Shown here piece by piece: positions 18,350 to 25,908 of a stretch of DNA of 35,362 bases (positions within the stretch are counted from its first letter, which is position 1; every line of letters begins with the position of its first letter). Under the pieces are notes generated by a model. It saw only the letters and a list, made by a program, of their open reading frames with translations. It had not been told where the DNA came from and searched no databases. Source of the DNA: an uncultured bacterium (GTDB lineage Bacteria > UBP4 > UBA4092); NCBI GenBank assembly GCA_964644695.1, contig CAZXWN010000019.1:1-35362 (forward strand), in the 5' to 3' direction. Made by a program: the position numbers and the translations under genes.

Positions 18350-18658
18350 CATAAGGTGCGAATGGAATTTGTAGTATTCCAGTTTGAGGTGTTACACCTT
18401 CCCCCTTCGTTTCTGGTTCGTTGGTGAGAGGGAAATTCCGAATGAAAACAAAAGGGCGGATGGTTATCCGCCCGGTCAGATTATCAAAATTGTATGAGAG
18501 ATGATTTGTTACCAGAGAGACAGGTCTCCGAAGTAGGGGTCATCCAGATCCCGGAGGAAGTCGATATCACTGACATTGATTTTACCGACGACATCGCTGT
18601 TAGCAATGAACTGGAATTGATGATAACTGTTTCGTCCAGGGCCGATGACATAATGATA
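18350..18658. repeat. 309-bp perfect direct repeat, copy 2 (end of SBBP gene C plus downstream)
   Basis: Identical to 11156..11464. Confidence 0.95.
18445..18473 (-). terminator. Intrinsic terminator of SBBP gene C
   Basis: Same hairpin as 11251..11279, inside the repeat. Confidence 0.8.
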
Positions 18659-21600
18659 TCCATTGTTGATTTTCCCAAACTCCGCCGATGCAAATAATTG
18701 TCCTCCGGTACTCCAGAAATCATAACTGCCATTGGAGGGGACACCATACAAAGCCATCAGGATGATAGAACTGTAAGTGTTGAAATTCCCCGAGTCGATT
18801 TGAACATTCGCCTTAAGTCCGACATCGTGATTGGGCAGGGAACTGGGTGTATAGACTCCAGAGTGGTTTAACTGGGCAGTCAGTTTCTTACCATACTGGA
18901 TGCCGGTGGTGGCTTTGGAGAAATCGAATTGAACTGAATTATTGACCACATTCAGGGGACAGTCGCCTTCAGTCGTGGACCAACCGTAGGCCAAGTCTTC
19001 AAGATTGGAGAAACTACGATAAGGATATTTCAATTCACTGTGGGTTCGACTATCAATGACAAAGGGTTCAACATCGACGATATCCAACTGGTCGATGTAA
19101 ACAACTCCGGGTTTGGTGCCAGGTTTGAGGATTATCTGTACATAACCCGGTCCAGTATCCTGAGTGTAAAGGGGAGCCTCAATCCATGTCCAGACGGTAG
19201 GAACACCAAAGAGGATGTTGCAGGAGATATCCAGATGGGGGTTGGTTGGAATAACGCCATTGAAGTTAAACAAGCCAACCTGGAGGTCATTGTTGGGGGT
19301 AGGAGACATGACTCTCATGCGGGCAATACCCCATTGGTTTTTGTCGTATGTCCTCCAGTTGTTAGGAGGAGACGTCAATTTATAAGCCTGATTCGTCGAA
19401 GTAAAGGAGAAGGACCAAACTCCCTTGGCGATATTGCCTACGGAATCCACATAGTTACTGATATATTCCCAAGCGGGGACATCGGAATAATCGGTAATCA
19501 TTTCTTTGCCCCAGATACCATACAACCAGTTAGAGTTGTCGAGATATTGTCCAATCGCCAAATAGTTAGTTCGGACATCGACCACTTCAATGTCCATATC
19601 GGACCCGTAGGGGGGCGCACTATTGGGAGAGGCGATAATGTGAACGGGCCATGATGAGTTAAGGGAATAACCGCCCGCATTTTTGAAATACAGCGTTGTG
19701 GAATCAACCCAATGAACATCCAGGTGTTGGGTGTCGTAAACCAGACAACTGTTATTTCCAAAAGAGGGTGGGATGGCAGGGCCAGCAGAGTTGGTAACAT
19801 AAGTCGCCATATTCAAATACATGGGTGTTTCATGTTGGAACCCAAAATGAGGAAGTTTGGCTATTCGGTAAGTGCTGATTTTAATCGGGATTCTTCCGAT
19901 TGTGGTTTGCCCCGAATGGGTGAGGTTGATGTAAATGAATCCAGAGGTTGGTTGTCCCCAGGAGCTGATAGAGATGGTCCCATTGGATAATGTTCCGAGG
20001 TTCAGGAAGTTTTCAACCAGCTGGTAGGTGCCAGTGGACAGGGTGTCATAATCAGCAAGGGCATACGCATTCGGGAGAGATTCTCCTGGAAGCAGCTTGA
20101 TGGCAGGGAAATCCAGGGAGGTAAATCCAACACGGGTGATGGTGATTTTTACCCGAGCGGTCAGAGTAATCAAAGGGTGAGTCATCTTAATGTATAGATA
20201 ACCGGTGGTGGGTTCTGACCAGGGACCCAGAGATACCGTAGAGTTGGAGAGGGTCGCCAGACCGAGGAAGTTCGAAGTTATCTCATAGGTCCCCTGTCCT
20301 TCCGGGTCATGGTCTGAGACGATGAACGCCTTTGGTTTTGCTGTGCCGGGGGTATATTTTATTTCCGGGAAATCAATCGTGCTGGAACTATAGAGATGTA
20401 TATAATTTGTTAGTTCGCAGGTATCCGAACCCAGGGGGTTGGTGGTCACTAATCGCAAGGTATATTGACCGGCGGTGCTGTAAGTATGGGTTGGGTTTTG
20501 CAGTGAGGATGTTTGTCCATCACCGAAGTCCCATGCCCAATAGTCGGGGGCGCCATAGGTTTCGTCGATGAAATCCACAGAGAGGGGCGCAATACCTCGA
20601 GTTTTATTCACAGAGAATTTCGAATCAAGATACCAACCGGGTGTCATCTTCATGATGAAGGCATCGTTGTATCCACCAGAGAAAGTGCTTTGGATGGAGT
20701 TTACTGTACAAGGAAATCCAATCGTAGAATTGGACCATCCAGAAAACCAGACACTCCCGTTTGTTTCGGGAACTATCCCGGTGAAGTAATCATCATTACT
20801 GCCGCCGAGTAGAGTGAAATGAATCATTGTGTTAGTCCGGGAATCCCACCGCATCACAAAGAGTTCCCACCCGCCCGCGTTCGTTGTATCCATCGCACCG
20901 GGGCTAAAGGGAAGGTCTCTTATACTTCCTGTTTGGCCTCCGATGGTGATAATCCCTTGTGTGTCGCAGGACAAGACCACTCCATATTCCCCACCCAGTT
21001 TGCCGATAAAAGTGGAATAATCCAGACCACTACCATCGGATTTCATGATGGTAAAGAAAGCATCTGCCCAGATATCACCCACCGTGTCCATTGCATTGGC
21101 CGTAATGGGGAAGTTTGTTGATTGGCTGTAACCTGTGATAGCAAGCCTCCCATCAGGTAATAAATCACTACCCATGGAGTAGTCATCAAGTGCACCACCG
21201 AGGAAAGTGGAGAAGACCAATTGATATGTGGAGGGATTAAACTTTAAGACGAAAGCATCGGAGTATGTGCCACTCAAGGAGGTGTCATATGCATTGGTAG
21301 TAACGGGGAAGTTTGCAGATCGAGTTGCGCCGGTCAGAAAGAGATTGCCTGCAGAATCAATATTAATGTTCTGGACATTATAATCTCGATCTGAACCTCC
21401 AATGTAGGTTGAGTAGAGGATAGAGTCACAGGCATTAGTCAGTTCTGTCAGGGTGACATCTAAATCACCATTATATGAGGTATCCAGTGCGTTTGCGGTG
21501 ACAGGATAGTTGGAAGAATTAGTATGTCCAGTCAGCCAGATATTACCCGCAGCGTCCAGTTTTATTTGGGAAAGGTAATCAACATTCTGACCGCCTAAAT

Positions 21601-22108
21601 AAGAGCAGTACTTTATTTGGGAGCCATCTGGACTTAACCGCATCAAGAAGCCATCGAAATATCCCCCTTGATAGGTAGTATTTAAGGCGTTAGTTGTTAC
21701 CGGAAGGTCAAGGGAAGCCGTATAACCAATCAATAAAAGATCTCCGTTGGTGTCTATGGCCAAAGTTTCACCCATATCATCCCCGGAACCACCCAGGGGG
21801 CCAATTATTCGGGAGACAGTTCCGGTCGCATCAAATTTCAGGATGTAGGTGTCAAGGTCGGACTGGGTTGTTTTTGTGGTGAAGAATCCGGTGCTGTTGG
21901 AATACATGACCGCGAATATTCCCCCATCATTGGTGGGCGTAATTTTTTTCATAAAATCGCGTTCGCTCCCGCCCAGGAGGGTGGAGTATTCAAAGTAGTT
22001 ACAGGATTGCCCGTTAGTCAATTTTGTTGCGGCGGCGGGAGAAAGAATAATCAAGGTCAGTACTAAAATGAGGCCTGTCAAAACAGGGTTAAACTTTTGG
22101 ATCGGCAC
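18509..22108 (-). CDS. Secreted SBBP beta-propeller + PKD domain protein, paralogue C (extra duplicated ~87-aa module)
   Basis: Same architecture; start set to GTG 22108 behind GGAGG; signal peptide ending ...LSPAAA. Confidence 0.9.
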   Translation of the reverse strand: MPIQKFNPVLTGLILVLTLIILSPAAATKLTNGQSCNYFEYSTLLGGSERDFMKKITPTNDGGIFAVMYSNSTGFFTTKTTQSDLDTYILKFDATGTVSRIIGPLGGSGDDMGETLAIDTNGDLLLIGYTASLDLPVTTNALNTTYQGGYFDGFLMRLSPDGSQIKYCSYLGGQNVDYLSQIKLDAAGNIWLTGHTNSSNYPVTANALDTSYNGDLDVTLTELTNACDSILYSTYIGGSDRDYNVQNINIDSAGNLFLTGATRSANFPVTTNAYDTSLSGTYSDAFVLKFNPSTYQLVFSTFLGGALDDYSMGSDLLPDGRLAITGYSQSTNFPITANAMDTVGDIWADAFFTIMKSDGSGLDYSTFIGKLGGEYGVVLSCDTQGIITIGGQTGSIRDLPFSPGAMDTTNAGGWELFVMRWDSRTNTMIHFTLLGGSNDDYFTGIVPETNGSVWFSGWSNSTIGFPCTVNSIQSTFSGGYNDAFIMKMTPGWYLDSKFSVNKTRGIAPLSVDFIDETYGAPDYWAWDFGDGQTSSLQNPTHTYSTAGQYTLRLVTTNPLGSDTCELTNYIHLYSSSTIDFPEIKYTPGTAKPKAFIVSDHDPEGQGTYEITSNFLGLATLSNSTVSLGPWSEPTTGYLYIKMTHPLITLTARVKITITRVGFTSLDFPAIKLLPGESLPNAYALADYDTLSTGTYQLVENFLNLGTLSNGTISISSWGQPTSGFIYINLTHSGQTTIGRIPIKISTYRIAKLPHFGFQHETPMYLNMATYVTNSAGPAIPPSFGNNSCLVYDTQHLDVHWVDSTTLYFKNAGGYSLNSSWPVHIIASPNSAPPYGSDMDIEVVDVRTNYLAIGQYLDNSNWLYGIWGKEMITDYSDVPAWEYISNYVDSVGNIAKGVWSFSFTSTNQAYKLTSPPNNWRTYDKNQWGIARMRVMSPTPNNDLQVGLFNFNGVIPTNPHLDISCNILFGVPTVWTWIEAPLYTQDTGPGYVQIILKPGTKPGVVYIDQLDIVDVEPFVIDSRTHSELKYPYRSFSNLEDLAYGWSTTEGDCPLNVVNNSVQFDFSKATTGIQYGKKLTAQLNHSGVYTPSSLPNHDVGLKANVQIDSGNFNTYSSIILMALYGVPSNGSYDFWSTGGQLFASAEFGKINNGYHYVIGPGRNSYHQFQFIANSDVVGKINVSDIDFLRDLDDPYFGDLSLW

Positions 22109-22206
22109 AATAAGACCTCCAATAGGAACTACTATTGCCAAGAATTCAACGAATCAAGGATTATTCAAATTATAGCTCTATATTGGATTTGACAAAATGG
22201 CTGAGG

Positions 22207-23028
22207 TTATTGAATGGTCAGTAATTTTTGGGTGTCATAAGGACCCACAGAATATGCTGCGGTATTTTTGTTGAGAAGGGTGTAATGCGCAGGGATGGAA
22301 CGGGACAATTGGCTGGCTTCCGGTTTTTTATCAACAAGGGTCCCCATGGGGGTATATATGAGAAGTGTTCCATTTAACTTCTTGCGCAATTTAGTGGCGC
22401 CTTCCATCGTGAACTGAATTTGTGATACTGGAGACACTTTTGCGTCAGAATGGGCGGATGGATCAATCTCAAAACGGTATTGCAATTTACCCAGCGTTCC
22501 GAAATATATCAGGTCTATGCCGGGATAGAGATTTTTGTATCGGACTTGCTGATAAGTCCGAATATTGCTGATACTGCCGGAGGGGTTATTGCCTGTCAGG
22601 TAATTGATTTTACCGGGAAGCTCAGCTTCACCCAGAATTTCACATTGGGGATTGGTGTGAAGGAAACGTTTTTTTAAGACAAGATGTTTTGTGATAACCG
22701 TTTCGGGATTTTTATTATTGGGAGATGTTTTTTGGGCGGAAGGTTTCACGGATTGAACGATGTCGCTGATAATGCCATCCGCAGTGAAATAGAGTGCACC
22801 GCCCGGTCCTTGTGTGTAAAAACGAACCGTTGAGTCCATCTGTCCTTGATTGGAAACAAAAGCCAACGGCAGATTAGCATAAGACTTCATAGCATTGGTT
22901 TTGGTTTGTGCATCTACTCTATTTGCTGGAGGTGCCGATGGAGTTGGATTTTTAGCTGACGCAATAGATATGAGAGAAATGATCAATAGTGAAAAAATTA
23001 TGTGGGAGAGTCGTGGGCTACGAGTCAT
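22207..23028 (-). CDS. Stand-alone secreted N-terminal domain of SBBP-repeat proteins (DUF7948-like, name from memory)
   Basis: Signal peptide; YANLPLAFVSNQGQ...VRF; GKINYLTGN; Y..V.Y.NLYPGIDL.Y.G; ends GPYDTQKLLTIQ, where fused homologues continue L.IDP...YSTYLGG. Confidence 0.8.
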   Translation of the reverse strand: MTRSPRLSHIIFSLLIISLISIASAKNPTPSAPPANRVDAQTKTNAMKSYANLPLAFVSNQGQMDSTVRFYTQGPGGALYFTADGIISDIVQSVKPSAQKTSPNNKNPETVITKHLVLKKRFLHTNPQCEILGEAELPGKINYLTGNNPSGSISNIRTYQQVRYKNLYPGIDLIYFGTLGKLQYRFEIDPSAHSDAKVSPVSQIQFTMEGATKLRKKLNGTLLIYTPMGTLVDKKPEASQLSRSIPAHYTLLNKNTAAYSVGPYDTQKLLTIQ

Positions 23029-23114
23029 TATTATTCCTAACCTGCAAATTTATAAAAAGTATAAAGCGCTGTGGAGAGGACTGTCAATTTCGCAGAAATT
23101 CAGGGAGGACAGAA

Positions 23115-25745
23115 TTATTTTTTAGGAGTAAATATGGCGTATTGGTCGCGCCCCGCCTGTTTGGCCTGATACAATGCGATGTCCGCATCCCGGATAAGCT
23201 CAAAGGGTTTATTATAAGAATCATTTCCAATGACAATGCCTAAAGAAGTGGTCACAGTCTGGGGTTCATCGTTTAAGTATATCGGCTGGTTCAGTTCTTC
23301 TTTCAATCGTTCAGCGACCAAGATAACATCACTTTCTTCATGGATGTCTTCCAGTAACAGAACAAACTCATCTCCCCCCAGTCGGGCAGCAGTATCTGTT
23401 GGGCGGATGATATGTTCCAGCTTTCGGGCCACATCGACTAAAAGCCGGTCACCTTCCAAATGGCCAAGTGTATCGTTGACTTCCTTGAAGCGGTCTAAGT
23501 CCATCATTAATACGGCATATTTATAATCACGATGACGCTTTTGCTGGCTCAGACAGCGGCCAATTCGTTCCAGCAACAGAGTGCGGTTGGGTAATCCTGT
23601 CAGCTGGTCTGTGAGTGCCTGTATTTTGAGTTTGTGTTCCGTTTGTTTTCGTTCTGTTACATCTGCCATACCAATAACAAAAACTTCATCGCCACGATAT
23701 CGCATGGTAATGACGGACATATCGACCCAAATAATCTGACCACTGGTGGAGCACAATCGGATTTCAAATCCCACAACTTGATTATCGTTGCTAGCCATTT
23801 GTTCTAATAAAGCCTTGCGGTCGGTGGGATTATAATAGAAGTTGAGCATCTTCAGGTTGTCCATATAGAGTTCACTGACACCTAACATGGCAGTTGCCGC
23901 CTGATTAGCAATAATAATTGTAGAGTCTTCCTTGCGGGTAATGAGCATGGGGAACGGGGCCGCCCGGAACACAGCTCGGAAATTCTCCTCACTTTCACGA
24001 AGAGCTTCTTCTGACTTTCGTCTTTCCGTCACGTCCCGGAATGTCCAGACTTGCCCTGTTGTCTCATCTCCAACACGATAAGGTGAAATATAACGTTCCA
24101 GAATTCGGGAATCTTTCAGCTCCATTAATTCATATCCTGAGACTTTATTGTTGAATGCCGAATCTTCATTCAAACGATAAAACAGACCGGGTTGTTTGAC
24201 TTTGCTTTCTAGAACTTCGATACGATAATCTGAATCCTCAATAAACTTGTCATCAACCTCCAGTTTCCATAAGCTTTCAAACTGATGGTTATAGTTCAGT
24301 ACTTGTCCATGATGGCTGATCACCAGTAATCCATCTGTGGATGATTCTATGACTGCTTGCAACAAACTTAAAGAACTGCGGAGCTCCTGTTCGGTTTCCT
24401 TGCGGGAAGAGATGTCAAGTAAAAAACCAATAGACCCGATTGATTGTCCCTTTTCATCGCGTAATTCAACAGAGGTGTCTGCGACCCATTTTAAATCGCC
24501 ATCTTTTGTTTGGATCTGATAATCAACCGTCCATTGGGCTACAATCCCTTCACGAACACTCCTGACAGCATCATCTGCAGTCAGCCCTTCCAGTTCTCCT
24601 CGAAAATGAGTCTGGATATGGAGTTTTCCCCATAGTTCTGGAGTGAACTCATCGGGTGGATATCCGGTGAGTTGAGTGATCCCTTCCCCCACAAAGAAAT
24701 ATCGGTTGGGATTAATACCTCGATGATAGGGAACCCCACCGGCGGCGGTTATCGCACGGCGGTAGATACCTTCAATCTTCTCAACAGCTTCATTGGATTT
24801 CTTTATATCCGTAATATCTCTGTTTCTGGCGCGCCGGCCCAAAAACTTTCCATCATCATCATAGATGGAACGGCAGATGTGTGAAATCCAGCGGATGGAC
24901 CCATCTTTATGTTGAATCCTGAATTCGGACTCCCCACAAGGTGTTTCCTTAAAAGAAGCTATATGGTGAAATAGTTTGTCCCGGTCTTCTGGATGGACAA
25001 TATTTTCCATAAGTTTTGGGTCCGCATAAAACTCTTCCGGCGTATATCCTGAAGCCTCTTCACAGGCAGGAGACACAAAAACAAATTTTCCCGTGGGACT
25101 GGTCCATGTTTCCCAATCGAATGTGAGTTCTGCCATGGTCCGATACTTTTCGGCACTGGCCTGGATATTCTTCTCCATGGTTTTTCGTTCCGTGATATCA
25201 GAAAACACAGTTGCAAAATGTCCTCCCTGAATCCGAAACGCAGAGATAGAAAAATGTTTCTTCAGGGGTTCGAAGTAGGTCTCAAAGATGGTGGGTTCCC
25301 CTGTCTGAGCTACTTTGGCATAAACATCTAAAAAGGGTGGTTTTTCAAAAGAATTTATTTCAGAAGCCTTTTTCCCGACAATATCCCCGGTCAGTCCGGT
25401 GTGTTGATAAAAGGAGGGATTCACTTGAAGATATTCATAATCCACCGGTTCTTTATTCTCATTGAACAGAACTTTGTGAATGGCCATACCCTCCTGCATG
25501 TTATTCATGACGGCAGAAAGAATCTCGCTTTTTAATGATTCGCTATCCAACAAAGCCTGCTTCTGAGTTATAGATAAATAAGGCCTGAAAAGAATATATA
25601 GAAAGACATGGGAAGTAAAGACAACTCCCCAATAGGTTATGATTTGAGTTGGAGAAAGTTTTGCCAACCACCCAACCAAACAAATAAATATCCCAATTGC
25701 AACCAGGAGGGTTATTAAAAAACCCACCCAAATATATTTACCCAT
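23115..25745 (-). CDS. Membrane-anchored multi-PAS diguanylate cyclase (GGDEF)
   Basis: Two N-terminal TMs; about 5 PAS/PAC units ending D(I/V)(T/S).RK; D.LTGLPNR; DLDRFKEVNDTLGH..GD; RLGGDEF with RxxD (RPTD) I-site; no EAL domain. Confidence 0.93.
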   Translation of the reverse strand: MGKYIWVGFLITLLVAIGIFICLVGWLAKLSPTQIITYWGVVFTSHVFLYILFRPYLSITQKQALLDSESLKSEILSAVMNNMQEGMAIHKVLFNENKEPVDYEYLQVNPSFYQHTGLTGDIVGKKASEINSFEKPPFLDVYAKVAQTGEPTIFETYFEPLKKHFSISAFRIQGGHFATVFSDITERKTMEKNIQASAEKYRTMAELTFDWETWTSPTGKFVFVSPACEEASGYTPEEFYADPKLMENIVHPEDRDKLFHHIASFKETPCGESEFRIQHKDGSIRWISHICRSIYDDDGKFLGRRARNRDITDIKKSNEAVEKIEGIYRRAITAAGGVPYHRGINPNRYFFVGEGITQLTGYPPDEFTPELWGKLHIQTHFRGELEGLTADDAVRSVREGIVAQWTVDYQIQTKDGDLKWVADTSVELRDEKGQSIGSIGFLLDISSRKETEQELRSSLSLLQAVIESSTDGLLVISHHGQVLNYNHQFESLWKLEVDDKFIEDSDYRIEVLESKVKQPGLFYRLNEDSAFNNKVSGYELMELKDSRILERYISPYRVGDETTGQVWTFRDVTERRKSEEALRESEENFRAVFRAAPFPMLITRKEDSTIIIANQAATAMLGVSELYMDNLKMLNFYYNPTDRKALLEQMASNDNQVVGFEIRLCSTSGQIIWVDMSVITMRYRGDEVFVIGMADVTERKQTEHKLKIQALTDQLTGLPNRTLLLERIGRCLSQQKRHRDYKYAVLMMDLDRFKEVNDTLGHLEGDRLLVDVARKLEHIIRPTDTAARLGGDEFVLLLEDIHEESDVILVAERLKEELNQPIYLNDEPQTVTTSLGIVIGNDSYNKPFELIRDADIALYQAKQAGRDQYAIFTPKK

Positions 25746-25908
25746 TCAATTCCCTGCTGTGATTTGCTAAAACCAGAATAATTTTCATTAGCTGTATAAG
25801 TATTCTGTTTTTATAGAAATACCCCTGAGTATTTCTTTCCTACATAATACAACAATTTTGTTAATAATTGTATAAAAATTAAGTATTTATTGACTGTATC
25901 TTTTCATT

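Noticed and set aside
11315..18658. Diversity-generating retroelement (TR/VR pair) at the 3' ends of the SBBP genes
   Set aside because: A versus C tails are identical, and A versus B differences are mostly synonymous and not confined to adenines. No reverse transcriptase is present in the window.
22109..22209. Frameshift or read-through joining the 273-aa gene to SBBP gene C as one broken gene
   Set aside because: Different frames, about 100 bp spacer, and gene C has its own promoter-like sequence, SD and signal peptide.
23029..23115. Truncated EAL domain remnant after the GGDEF gene
   Set aside because: The GGDEF domain ends normally and the short spacer shows no EAL-like sequence.
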